37,616 bases of DNA from Octopus bimaculoides. Taxonomy: Eukaryota. The DNA is taken from assembly GCF_001194135.2 (NCBI RefSeq), contig NC_068986.1, positions 102,193,942-102,231,557 of the forward strand. The letters are read 5' to 3'. Positions within the stretch are counted from its first letter, which is position 1, and every line of letters begins with the position of its first letter. The position numbers and the translations under genes are program-made. Of the stretch, positions 1 through 11,929 are shown in pieces. A model generated the notes under the pieces. The model was not told where the DNA came from. It did not search any database and saw only the letters and a program-made list of their open reading frames with translations.

Positions 1-238
1 GTGCTCATGGGAACTGCCCATATCCTACGTAAAATATTGTCTATGTGATCTCAAATTTTAAAGCAAACATAATTTTCTTATGGTTTCTTAAACATTCACT
101 TGAACAAAACTGTACAAATCCAAATATATGGTACCCTAGGCATAACACCTACATGAACTTCTAACTTGTTGTCTCTTGAGGTCTCTGGGTGAGACTTGGA
201 TCCAACTTGTACAAATGCAAAACAAAAGTCAAACATAA

Positions 239-278
<40 letters not shown>
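1..278 (+). mobile_element. 3' end of an R4/Dong-like RLE non-LTR retrotransposon (ORF C-terminus 1-48, 3' UTR, (TAA)n tail)
   Basis: 1-48 reads VLMGTAHILRKILSM*, matching the 'VLLGTAxILRKVL' C-terminal motif of R4/Dong elements. About 190 bp of UTR follows and runs into (TAA)n, the known Dong-type target/tail. Confidence 0.75.
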
Positions 279-282
<4 letters not shown>

Positions 283-292
283 CAACAACAAC
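240..292 (+). repeat. (TAA)n-(CAA)n compound microsatellite
   Basis: Directly visible; source of the poly-Ile ORFs. Confidence 0.98.
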
Positions 293-450
293 ATCGAAAA
301 ATACCTTAGGAATGAGAACCCAGTTTCGAAATTTCCCCAAGACACCTGAAGAAGGCTGGAGGGCATATCTGCCGAAACTTTGTGTTAACAACAAACAAAA
401 TTAGGACAAATATCCGTCAAATGTAAATAATGTAAATAATGTAAATAATG
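293..450 (+). mobile_element. Penelope-like element pseudo-LTR fragment
   Basis: Contains the PLE-type CTGAAGA-AGGC...GCC-GAAAC motif and ends in (TGTAAATAA)x3. Confidence 0.55.
341..386 (+). ncRNA. Minimal type I hammerhead ribozyme motif (PLE-type), degenerate
   Basis: GACAC(341-345)-CTGAAGA(346-352)-A-GGC..GCC(371-373)-GAAA(374-377)-C-TTT-GTGTT(382-386); stems I and II pair. Confidence 0.65.
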
Positions 451-2105
451 TATCAAAATTGAGGCTTTATTATAAAGGAACAGTAAAACCGTGCACTTAT
501 TTCTACCTATTTGAGGAAGTCTTTAATTTGAACTGAGGAGACACAGTTATATCTTTGACGGAATATTATACATTTGATCACGTGCCCAGCAACGTGGCAG
601 CTTTAAAAACGCATGCAAAGACTATTAGGAACAATATAAACAAGTCGAATATTCTAACAATGCAAACAAAAAACGAATATCGTATTAACAAAAGGAAACT
701 AATAACACATCAGACATTACGTGTTGTTTTCAAAATGCGGTAATGGAGCAATTTGTTTTGTAACCATCATCGCCCGACATTTCAGCAGACAAGACAACAA
801 AAGGAAATGGAAATTATTAATAAAAAAAACACCCTTCGCGTTTCATTATATAAAATGAAGTAAAAAACAAATAGATCTGTTTACAAAACAAAATATTTGT
901 GCATTCCTTGAAGTCTAGGGATACATACATTGAGATTGTAAATATGTACGCACACACCCACGAACACACACGCACACACCCACGAACACACACGCACACA
1001 CATAAATCGTATAACCACATAAAATACTTTCCCTTGTATTATTACACGGGGTTAACTATATTTTCATGAATTTCTGTTAGCTTTCCTTCCTTGTTTCGGC
1101 AGTAATGCAAGTGAAAATATTGTATGTGATTAGACGATTTAGCATCTATTTTTCAGCATATTGAGCAGAGAAAAAAAATGTTGGCATGTTCATAATTGTA
1201 TTTAGAATTTTCACCTTAAGATGTATTTTTCACAGGCAGCAATTGATAAAAAAAACTTTACATATGAAATGTTAACCTTATATTATCAATAAATCAATTC
1301 TCATTCCCTCCTGGACTGGTTAACCATTTGTGTGCATTTCCTGACAGACTACACTTGTGCCGAGGCTTACTACGGGATATCGATTTGGATATATTTGTAG
1401 TATTTAAATGTATACATAACTCTACATCTGCTTTTACGTGAGTACGCCTAACTATTTCCGTGTGTATTCTAACACACAGGCACATATACGCATATATATA
1501 TAGATATATATGTATGTATATTTATACATATATATATGTATACAAACATGCATATGTGTGCGTTTACGTTAAGTATATATATATTTATGCCAGCGCAGTT
1601 GGGTGTACACGCATGTGATACAAATTGACCACCGATACGTCTTAATTATTCAAGTTTCAATGTGGTTTAATCCAAGAACGTTTGCACCACATTTCTCTCA
1701 CCTGTACAACATGACACCTAATTGTATAAAAGCTGATATTCCAAGCAACATGTGATCCATGCATATTTGCGATAATTGGAGGAAACCGTGGGAAATGAAC
1801 GATTGGTTAGCATTAAATCTGTGCTTGCATTTATGTTGGATTTTCTTTTCAATGCTCCATAAATATATCGTGAGAATACGCATTCTTTAAAACCATTAAT
1901 AAGGAATCCGAATCGATTCCTCCTATCACTCAATCTCTCATTGTCTCTACATATGCATCAATTTCTCCATCTATTTGCAAGCGGAATCGAAGCATATGTA
2001 CATACCTATACTATACATAGTTACATTTTTCTTTTATATATGTGAGTGTATGTGTATGTATATATACACACAAATACAGACACGTTCATACACACGCACA
2101 CGCAC

Positions 2106-2157
<52 letters not shown>

Positions 2158-2281
2158 NNNNNNNNNNNNNNNNNNNNNNNNNNNNNNNNNNNNNNATATA
2201 TATATATATATATATATATAAGTACAGATTACCAATTTTTAAAATTTTATATGTATGTATGAAAAGAAAATTAAGTTAAAT

Positions 2282-2374
2282 ACCATCATGGGCGACATCC
2301 AAACTATAGTGGAAAAGGCTAGCCACTGGATTTGGGGAAAAAGATACGATGAGCGATGGCTAGAAGAATATTGA
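2282..2374 (+). mobile_element. C-terminus of a HERO-like RLE non-LTR retrotransposon
   Basis: Frame reads TIMGDIQTIVEKASHWIWGKRYDERWLEEY*, resembling the HERO C-terminal motif 'AAEKASRWLWIKR..W'. The GC-richer sequence to about 2520 may be 3' UTR. Confidence 0.5.
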
Positions 2375-2892
2375 GCTATATTAGATCTAGCAACCGGGGT
2401 CTCATATCAGTGAGGTGACCGGTGCGTATTGATGCCGTCAAGATGGGATAATTTCCTGATGACCGTATACACTTGCGGTTTTCCGGTGTGCGAAGGTTTC
2501 GAATGGTAGCACTTGCATGTGCAATTTATTTGCAAAACATCAGATATAGTCTTACCTATAATGTAGTAATTAGCGGAAGAACATCTTAGCAGCAATAATC
2601 ATGTAGAGTTTAATTGATCTAACTGCGTCAGTAATAAGTGAACATTAGCATCATGCAGTTGAAAATGTTGTAGTCGTTTTATAATTCAGATATTATATTT
2701 AATTAATGTGTACATGATATGAAGTTAGAGACTATAAATATACGGACATTAAAACAGCTATAATAAACTTCTCTAAAGCCACATGCAGAAAATATTTCCA
2801 AGTGTATGTGTGTCCAAGATCTTCAATTGTAGTAATTTGATTGATTTCAAATTTACTCACAAACCAGCATTTTCGAGTGAGTGGAGAAAGCT

Positions 2893-2985
2893 GATTACAA
2901 TGACCTCAATGCTAAACATGTATTTACGTTATTGACCCAGAAATGAGGGAGGGCAAAGTCGACCTCAATTGAATTTGAGCTCAGC
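2893..2985 (-). mobile_element. tRNA-derived SINE family A (Deu/Nin-like), degenerate fragment
   Basis: 'ggcaaagtcgacctcaattgaatttgagctcag' is the reverse complement of the family head seen at 3140-3180. Confidence 0.6.
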
Positions 2986-3118
2986 CCAGAAAATGTGATG
3001 GGATCAGAAAGCTAACAGCATTCCGTGAAAAATATGGATTATACAGTCTTATAATTTAAATGTATCCTATCAGATTGTTTGTACACTCTATACTTTAAAC
3101 ATAATAATATTGTTACTC

Positions 3119-3293
3119 GTGGTATGTCGTTTGATTTTACGTTCTGAGTTCAAATTCCACGCAGGTTGACTTTGCCTTTCATCCTTTCGCGATCCATAAA
3201 TTAAATACCAGTTGCGTACTGGAGTCGATCTCATCGACTGGCCTCCACTCCCCCAGATTTTGGGGCCTTGTGCGAAGAGTAGAAAAGAATATT
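3119..3293 (+). mobile_element. tRNA-derived SINE family A (Deu/Nin-like central box), 5'-truncated
   Basis: 'ttacgttctgagttcaaattcc..gactttgcctttcatcctttc..taaattaaataccagttgcgtactggagtcgat'; similar to the other copies in the window. Confidence 0.88.
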
Positions 3294-3427
3294 CTTATTC
3301 ATGGTAATACGTAAACCAATTCCAAAATAAAATTAAGAATTTACTTCATAAGAAAATATTTAGTGCATCTAAACATAAATAAAATTGAAGAATACTTACC
3401 AATATTTTAGACATTCGACATAGAATA

Positions 3428-3639
3428 GCGGTGACTTTCCAGAATGGTTAGCACACCCGACAAAATGATTGGCAAGATATTCGACGTTGCATCTCGGCTC
3501 AAATTACATCAATGTCGACTTTGATTCCATCATTTTCAGTCAGCTAAAATAAGTGCCAGTTGAACACTGGGACCTATGTAATTGATTTACTCTCTCTACC
3601 CTACTTTCTGACCTTCTGCCAACATTTGAAAACAATATT
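3428..3639 (+). mobile_element. SINE family A, old diverged copy
   Basis: 'agaatggttagcacacccgacaaaatg..gtcgactttg..taaaataagtgccagttgaacactgg' aligns by eye with 23909-24120. Confidence 0.78.
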
Positions 3640-4340
3640 ATAAGCTTTACAGCCAAGCTGTAATGCTTACAATGATGTCAACATCTTGGAAGAAACCCTC
3701 GTATATTTGTCGATATTCAGGTTCTAATATATATTTGTTGGCACTCTCTTTCATGCATCTTAATTTCTATGCAAAAGCGTGCTTACACGATATGTTATGT
3801 TTGAAATTGCTTGCTTAAGAACTGTCAGGAATATGCGATTGCGAAGGAATAAATAGCAGAGTAAGTGAAAACGCTTCGAAATAAGGCGTATCCATGTTCT
3901 GGCATTATTACATCTTAGTTAAAGGAATTTCTGGCAATATACTGCTTATATTTTTCACAAGGTGCTAGGAACATCACACCATAGTTATTAAACAATTCTA
4001 CATTTCCAAATGAAACATTTCCAAGAAACGATCTACTTTGATTTTGACAGTAATTCTCTACAGAATTAATATTACGGATTTGGATATTGTCTACTGTACA
4101 TATCAACGGGAAACTACAATTGCATTTATCTTCTTCGGAAATATTAGTAAGAAAAATATTGGCTCTTACTAGAATAGCGTATTACCAGGACGTTAGGTGT
4201 ATATTCATTCACAAATGATTTGTTCATAGTGATACTCCGGTCCAATGTGTTGTATACTCTAAAAGTGATGGCTAAACGAATGCTGTTCTTTCCCCTTACA
4301 AAAGGTCTATGTGTTATAAAGAACGTAAACATACGCGCAT

Positions 4341-4496
4341 CAGTGGCTGTGTGGAAAGTAGCTTGATTACTAACCATATGGCACCGGGTTCAGTCCTACA
4401 GTATGGCACCTAGGGCAAGTGCCTTCTACTATAACCTCGGGCCGACCAAAGCTATTGTGAGTGGATTTGGTAGACGGAAACTGAAAGAAGCCCGTC

Positions 4497-4535
<39 letters not shown>

Positions 4536-4905
4536 GAGGTTTTTTCATACTGAGCTACTTGTCAAAATTGTTAATTATTAATTCTATTATTAATTGATGA
4601 TTCTCTGCCCTTATTCTTGTATATTCTTGTATATATATATGTATATATATGTATATATATGTATATATATATATATATGCAAGTGTGTGTATATGTTTGT
4701 GTGTCTGCGTTTGTCCCCCCAACATCGCTTGACAACCGTTGCTAGTGTGTTTACGTCCCCGTAACTTAGCGGTTCGGCAAAAGAGACCGATAGTATAAGT
4801 TCTAGGCTTACAAAGAATAAGTCCTGGGGTTGATTTCCTCGACTAAAGCCCGTGCTCCAGGATGGCCGCAGTCAAATAACTGAAACAAGTAAAAGAGTAC
4901 AGAGT
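4341..4905 (+). mobile_element. tRNA-derived SINE family B (Meta-like domain, internal microsatellite)
   Basis: A/B-box-like head (tggctgtgtgg; gggttcagtcc), then 'gtggatttggtagacggaaactgaaagaagcccgtcg', (TA)n, and a 3' half ending 'tgaaacaagtaaaagagt'; homologous to 25696-26129 and 32121-32433. Confidence 0.92.
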
Positions 4906-5701
4906 AACGTATTCATCGAACTGAAGCGTGTCACTTCTCTTTCAAACAAGTGACCCTATACACACGTATCATTGTATTTGAGTGTGAATGTTACTACTGC
5001 TATATTCTAACGCATCATACTCGTAGAGAGAAATGAACTCATATGCATATTACGATACCGAAAGGAGAAAAAGCAAGTACTATCCAGGAGGTAAGCTGGT
5101 TTGCGGATATAAACATGGTTTACGAAATCATTGAAAACGAGGTTATGGACTAATTTACGAAAGTGGAAGTGTCTCTAGTGAAGTTATAAATCAATGTTTA
5201 TGCACATATCTTTTGCTGCGGTTGATTATGACGGTATATATTTAATTGCCAGTGTGGAACACCAAGTACAGTATGGTAAAATCGTAATAGAAGTGTTAAT
5301 CACTGATAAGCTGAAAAGGGCGTAAATGTAGGATATGTACAACGATGAAGTTGTAAAACTCAGCATTGTCGTTACATAAATACGTTTGACTGTGGTTGTT
5401 AAACAACATATATCGCCTACATTGCTGGTTGTGTTAACATAATTCAGATGGGAAATGTCATGCTAAAATGGATGTATAAAAAAATCAAAGTATCCACATA
5501 CACGCATATATGTAATATTAATTGTACGAAAAAGAGTACTCAGTATCGGAGTAGAGATTAATATAATAATTTATGATAAGACTCAGGCATTACCTGTGTA
5601 CCTGTAGATGAATCTCAGAATAGTAAGAAACTGACTTGACCAAATGAGTATACTTGTCTCTCTAGCTATAATATAAGTTAATATATATACGTTTATATAT
5701 A

Positions 5702-6691
5702 NNNNNNNNNNNNNNNNNNNNNNNNNNNNNNNNNNNNNNNNNNNNNNNNNNNNNNNNNNNNNNNNNNNNNNNNNNNNNNNNNNNNNNNNNNNNNNNNNNN
5801 NNNNNNNNNNNNNNNNNNNNNNNNNNNNNNNNNNNNNNNNNNNNNNNNNNNNNNNNNNNNNNNNNNNNNNNNNNNNNNNNNNNNNNNNNNNNNNNNNNNN
5901 NNNNNNNNNNNNNNNNNNNNNNNNNNNNNNNNNNNNNNNNNNNNNNNNNNNNNNNNNNNNNNNNNNNNNNNNNNNNNNNNNNNNNNNNNNNNNNNNNNNN
6001 NNNNNNNNNNNNNNNNNNNNNNNNNNNNNNNNNNNNNNNNNNNNNNNNNNNNNNNNNNNNNNNNNNNNNNNNNNNNNNNNNNNNNNNNNNNNNNNNNNNN
6101 NNNNNNNNNNNNNNNNNNNNNNNNNNNNNNNNNNNNNNNNNNNNNNNNNNNNNNNNNNNNNNNNNNNNNNNNNNNNNNNNNNNNNNNNNNNNNNNNNNNN
6201 NNNNNNNNNNNNNNNNNNNNNNNNNNNNNNNNNNNNNNNNNNNNNNNNNNNNNNNNNNNNNNNNNNNNNNNNNNNNNNNNNNNNNNNNNNNNNNNNNNNN
6301 NNNNNNNNNNNNNNNNNNNNNNNNNNNNNNNNNNNNNNNNNNNNNNNNNNNNNNNNNNNNNNNNNNNNNNNNNNNNNNNNNNNNNNNNNNNNNNNNNNNN
6401 NNNNNNNNNNNNNNNNNNNNNNNNNNNNNNNNNNNNNNNNNNNNNNNNNNNNNNNNNNNNNNNNNNNNNNNNNNNNNNNNNNNNNNNNNNNNNNNNNNNN
6501 NNNNNNNNNNNNNNNNNNNNNNNNNNNNNNNNNNNNNNNNNNNNNNNNNNNNNNNNNNNNNNNNNNNNNNNNNNNNNNNNNNNNNNNNNNNNNNNNNNNN
6601 NNNNNNNNNNNNNNNNNNNNNNNNNNNNNNNNNNNNNNNNNNNNNNNNNNNNNNNNNNNNNNNNNNNNNNNNNNNNNNNNNNNNNNNNNNN
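5702..6691. other. Assembly gap (N run); other gaps at 2158-2195, 7683-8195, 8864-9410, 16195-16204, 18572-19046, 32821-33076
   Basis: N characters; most gaps are bordered by dinucleotide microsatellites. Confidence 0.99.
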
Positions 6692-6692
6692 N

Positions 6693-6750
<58 letters not shown>

Positions 6751-6754
<4 letters not shown>

Positions 6755-7180
6755 AGTAAAATGAGACAACAAAGCCAAGTCTGTGTGCAATTTATAAGAC
6801 ATGTATAAAGAGAAAGCTAGTCTCACAGCTGTTTCTGAGAAATTAGGGATATCCCTTCATCAGAAACGATATGAGAGAGTTAAATATCAGCAGTTGTGTT
6901 CAAAAAGGGTGGATGTAGGAGATATAAAGGGAAATAAGAGAATAAAAGCAAACGTAAACATTTATGTAGGATGCTAGAGTTGCAATTCCATTATCCAAAG
7001 AACGTGTTGTGTAGAATATGTCGAAATGCTTCTTGCCTATGGTATGTAGATTCCCATAGCAGTTCATATTTTGTTATTTTCTACCAGTGGATAGTGTTGA
7101 GACATAAATTCCATGTGGTGTTCATTCAAAGGGTTTTGTAGTGTGAATGAAATTTTCAGAACGTGTTGGTAGAGATAAGT
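6751..7180 (-). mobile_element. Degenerate Penelope-like element 3' region (GIY-YIG C-terminal remnant plus pLTR)
   Basis: Minus frame ..GIATLASYINV.. resembles the PLE endonuclease end 'LGTLxPxGINER'. It is followed by a CTGATGA...GAAACAGCTGT hammerhead motif. Confidence 0.5.
6820..6867 (-). ncRNA. Hammerhead ribozyme motif (PLE-type), degenerate
   Basis: Minus strand GTTT-CTGATGA-AGGGATATCCCTAATTTCTCA-GAAAC-AGCT-GT-G-AGAC: palindromic stem III and 4-bp stem I, but stem II closure is broken. Confidence 0.5.
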
Positions 7181-7371
7181 AGAAAAAGAGAAGTGACTAA
7201 ATGTCTTATAAAATGTATGTTAAGGTGTATGTTAAGAGGAGAATGGCATTAGTCAAAAGAATAACGGGGGAATGAAGTAAGAAAGAGGAAGATGAAAAGG
7301 AAGAAAAAAGGAGTGTTAGATATTGTGAAAGAGATCGAGGGAAAGACTATATATATCTACACACATTAATA

Positions 7372-7682
7372 TCTATATATATAAAAATGAGAATGTGTGT
7401 GTGTCTGTCTGTCTGTCTGTCTGTGTGAATCCCTAAAACTCGAGAACTAAGCAACCAATTTCATTCAAACTTTACACATGCCTTACTTAGGGTTCCAGTT
7501 GTGTTTTAGTCAAAAACATTATTAACTTCTTGCAGAGTTCGAGCACACGGCAACATAATATCTCCTCCACTATTTAAGTATTACGTGTCAAAAGTGAAAC
7601 AAAAACACTCATGTCAAATACTTTCACTTTAAAAATGAAACTATTCCACTAACTGAAACAATCACATTTCGATACTGTAGTA
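7372..7682 (+). mobile_element. Helitron-type non-autonomous element, 5' end
   Basis: A|TCTATATATATAAAAATG start, then (TG)n(TCTG)n and an 'aactaagcaaccaatttcattcaaacttta' block typical of Helitron-N/DINE-like elements; cut by a gap. Confidence 0.55.
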
Positions 7683-8435
7683 NNNNNNNNNNNNNNNNNN
7701 NNNNNNNNNNNNNNNNNNNNNNNNNNNNNNNNNNNNNNNNNNNNNNNNNNNNNNNNNNNNNNNNNNNNNNNNNNNNNNNNNNNNNNNNNNNNNNNNNNNN
7801 NNNNNNNNNNNNNNNNNNNNNNNNNNNNNNNNNNNNNNNNNNNNNNNNNNNNNNNNNNNNNNNNNNNNNNNNNNNNNNNNNNNNNNNNNNNNNNNNNNNN
7901 NNNNNNNNNNNNNNNNNNNNNNNNNNNNNNNNNNNNNNNNNNNNNNNNNNNNNNNNNNNNNNNNNNNNNNNNNNNNNNNNNNNNNNNNNNNNNNNNNNNN
8001 NNNNNNNNNNNNNNNNNNNNNNNNNNNNNNNNNNNNNNNNNNNNNNNNNNNNNNNNNNNNNNNNNNNNNNNNNNNNNNNNNNNNNNNNNNNNNNNNNNNN
8101 NNNNNNNNNNNNNNNNNNNNNNNNNNNNNNNNNNNNNNNNNNNNNNNNNNNNNNNNNNNNNNNNNNNNNNNNNNNNNNNNNNNNNNNNNNNNNNNTATAC
8201 ATGCATACAGATATCTATACATATATACACCCATCACACACACATACACATGCACACAAACACACACATTAGTCATTTGTTTTCTTATCCAAAACTACGT
8301 CAAAAGTACTGAATGGATCTTTATGAAATTTGGAAATTATATTCTTTGCATAACGGCCATAACTCTCATGAAAATTCATATATTTTTGATGTTGATGAAA
8401 TTTTAACCCGAACATAACAGATGAGCATTATTTCA

Positions 8436-8770
8436 AAAATGATGTCACACGTTATCGAGGCTACCCATTCTTTATGGATGTGCAAACGGGGATGACGTCT
8501 TTATTCCAAGAATTCCTCTTACTCCATCAGGAGCAGACATTCCTTTTACATTCAGAAGACTACAATTCCCCCTTCGTGTGACTTTTGCCATGTCCATAAA
8601 CAAATATCAGGGTCAAACACTGTCTGTAGCTGGTCTTCTCTTGGAAGAGCCCTGCTTCTCACATGGACAACTGTATGTTGGTTGCTCAAGAGTGGGCAGC
8701 AACAAAAAACCTATTTGTATATGCTCCACAAGGGAAAACAAGGAACATAGTTTACAATGAGGTGTTATAA
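8436..8770 (+). pseudogene. Helitron RepHel PIF1-helicase C-terminal fragment (2 frameshifts)
   Basis: KMMSHVIEAT/ILYGCANGDDVFIPRIPLTPSGADIPFTFRRLQFPLRVTFAMSINKYQGQTLSVAGLLLEEPCFSHGQLYVGCSRV/NLFVYAPQGKTRNIVYNEVL*; contains the PIF1 motifs FAMxINKxQGQ and FSHGQLYVxxSRV. Confidence 0.96.
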
Positions 8771-11565
8771 TCACAACAGCGAGAAAGTATATACATGATC
8801 ACCTTCTTTTACGAAACTTCATTGACTTTCATATATTTATATTGATATACATATATATACGTGNNNNNNNNNNNNNNNNNNNNNNNNNNNNNNNNNNNNN
8901 NNNNNNNNNNNNNNNNNNNNNNNNNNNNNNNNNNNNNNNNNNNNNNNNNNNNNNNNNNNNNNNNNNNNNNNNNNNNNNNNNNNNNNNNNNNNNNNNNNNN
9001 NNNNNNNNNNNNNNNNNNNNNNNNNNNNNNNNNNNNNNNNNNNNNNNNNNNNNNNNNNNNNNNNNNNNNNNNNNNNNNNNNNNNNNNNNNNNNNNNNNNN
9101 NNNNNNNNNNNNNNNNNNNNNNNNNNNNNNNNNNNNNNNNNNNNNNNNNNNNNNNNNNNNNNNNNNNNNNNNNNNNNNNNNNNNNNNNNNNNNNNNNNNN
9201 NNNNNNNNNNNNNNNNNNNNNNNNNNNNNNNNNNNNNNNNNNNNNNNNNNNNNNNNNNNNNNNNNNNNNNNNNNNNNNNNNNNNNNNNNNNNNNNNNNNN
9301 NNNNNNNNNNNNNNNNNNNNNNNNNNNNNNNNNNNNNNNNNNNNNNNNNNNNNNNNNNNNNNNNNNNNNNNNNNNNNNNNNNNNNNNNNNNNNNNNNNNN
9401 NNNNNNNNNNNATATATATATATATATATATGATTATCTGTATTTATACACACTCGCGCCTATATATATATTTGCATATCAGTATGTATGCATGTGTGTA
9501 TATATGTATAATATGCAAGGTCATTAATCTATTTGAAATATTGAAGGGGCCATTATTACATACGATTTCACCATTAATAATGTTGACGTCCACCAAGCTA
9601 TATGACGCTTTTCACTAAAAATGCCAAGGAATGACAAAGAAGTGAAATTAATATAATTAATGAACTAGTGGTTGGTGCGCCTTTAACGGCAGATGAGCAC
9701 CACAAGCATATGTTTGCTGCAATAGAATTCGATATGATGCTATAGTTTAAACGTCACAGCAGATCTCGCATGCTATGGGGTATATAAAGAAATTTTGTAA
9801 ATGGAAACTCTAGCAGTTTCACTTGAAATTATGATGGTACACACAGGAGACAGTAATATGGAAATTAAATAAACTTGGCGTCAGTTTGTCTAAGGAGTAT
9901 GTTTAGAAATAATAATTATGGAATTTGAACACCTTAAGGAGCAGAGTAATTATTAACAAAAGGAATAATTTTGCCAAAATGAAGGGGTTCCGAATAGAGC
10001 AATACGATTCGAGTGAATTAAAGATACACCGAAATGGAGAAAGAATATGAACGCGAACGTTATAAGAATAAACAATTACACATGTATACACACATGCGTA
10101 GGTCTCTAGATACATGTGTGTGCGTATGCGTATGTATGTGTGCATGCTCGTGTGTGTGCCCGTGTGCGTGCATATGTGCTGATATGGCTGGTTACACGTG
10201 CACAAACAGATATATAAACAATGGAAATATTCAGGAAATTTAATAGAAACTAGTGTAATTGCACCTGTGTCAATGATGGAATTGCTTGCTTTTATTATTG
10301 GGATATTTATGCTGCCATATCTTTATTGCTGATAGGATTTTGTTGATAATATTATCATTGTCATGTTGAAATATTCTCTCTTGTAAATTACTGTCATATA
10401 TTCCCCCCGCAGGACATTCCTATCAAATTTTAGATATAAAGATTTCTTTTTTATATTTTGAAACTAAAAACAATAGGAAAACGAAATCTAGAGCAAAGTA
10501 TTGAAAAATATGTGAAAGATAACATGAGTCACTGAGAAAAGTAAACAATAAAACGTAAAGATAATAGATTTTTATACAGGTCACACGTACCTTTTATTTA
10601 GTAGGAAATTATATTTTTCGTATTATCAGTATGGCAACTGTTTAGCTTGTTTTAGGCACAGCACACAATAGAATAGTAATATTAGATTTCAAATTAGTAT
10701 ATGGAAAGTTGATAAAATTTATAATAACAATTTTCGCGTTCTCATATTCAGAAACCTTGAAGTACCGAGCTACAATTACTAAAAATTCATATTCTTTTTT
10801 TACAATAATTATTTTGTTTACTTCTTTTTCTTTCCTGTGTTTAAACTTTGCGAACATCTGTCCATAATTATTCGCGTAATATAATATAATTCTTACTTAA
10901 GTTTATGAATGATAATTGCAGTTTTCCTCTTCGGCAGTGTGACACATTTTCTCGGTGAATCTCGATAAAGATCAACAGGCTATCAAATGTTATCGAAACA
11001 CGAATTTCCCGGAGGAATAATTAATTCTTTATATTTGAATATTCATTTCATGTAAGTAAAAAAGATGAAACTGATTTTATTATTGATATTTTTTTTTATT
11101 CCATCGGTAGTAAGTTTTTTTTAATAAAAGTTTTTGATCGAAGTATATATATATGTTCTGATCACCATGCCATTGCATTTAAATTGCTTTACCCAATGTA
11201 CCAAGTGGTATAGATTTATCAACATCATGAACAAAATACTGCCGTATAATTTACATGCGGCGTTATGTTTAGGTTTATATTGATTTAGCTGTAACGAAGT
11301 TGTTATTTTTCAGTAAGTAGGTGAATACTCAAGATTACTCCTATGATTACTCATGGAAATAGAGTACGCACATACCTTTGGGTGTATTTATAAAGTTAGG
11401 TCAACCACTCCGCCATTTTCTAATAATTTTGAACAGTAGTTTCCTTGTTCTTATACCCAGCATTTAAAGCAGTCTTGATTAGGCTATCCGTTTCTGTAGG
11501 TATTTGTTTAAAACACCTTCTTGCAGCCCATGTACAAAATGTAATTTGATTGTATTGAAGCACAC

Positions 11566-11618
11566 TATTATAGCATATTATAGCGTATTATAGCGTATTA
11601 TAGCGTATTATGGCATAT
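11566..11618 (+). repeat. 10-bp minisatellite (TAGCGTATTA), about 5 units
   Basis: Three exact and two variant tandem units are visible. Confidence 0.92.
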
Positions 11619-11929
11619 GCTACTCTAGTTGTATTGCAGTTATCGATTGATCCGAGATGAAAAAGACCATTACTGAATTAATTAAGTAAACAGTTAGAAA
11701 ATATCGTTATTCCACGCTAGTTTAACATAATATTACCATCGTAATGCGACAATTTGTCACAATTGTTACAACGTCAATCAAAATGATTTGCAGTATTTGT
11801 TCTGGCTGGCTGTTCCCTGGAGTCATACTTGACCGAGGTCAACTTTACAATTTGCGAACGATAACAAATCTCCAGTCGAATATGGGAATAGCGATCGGGT
11901 CTCACTCCATCCTTGTCTTCTCTCACGCT

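Noticed and set aside
1702-1884. Minus-strand exon candidate ending CAG|GTGAGA
   Set aside because: The peptide is unrecognisable, the acceptor is ambiguous and there is no supporting neighbour.
4341-4410. tRNA-like A/B boxes (also at 25696 and 32121)
   Set aside because: These are SINE heads; they do not fold into a cloverleaf and continue into SINE body sequence.
7624-9618. Long ORFs of 190-258 aa (also 18453-19163 and 32736-33139)
   Set aside because: They are open only because they run through N gaps.
9593-9720. Minus-strand frame ending in a GPI-signal-like hydrophobic tail (..SSLIILISLLCHSLAFLVKSVI*)
   Set aside because: About 40 codons; hydrophobic runs are expected from T-rich DNA.
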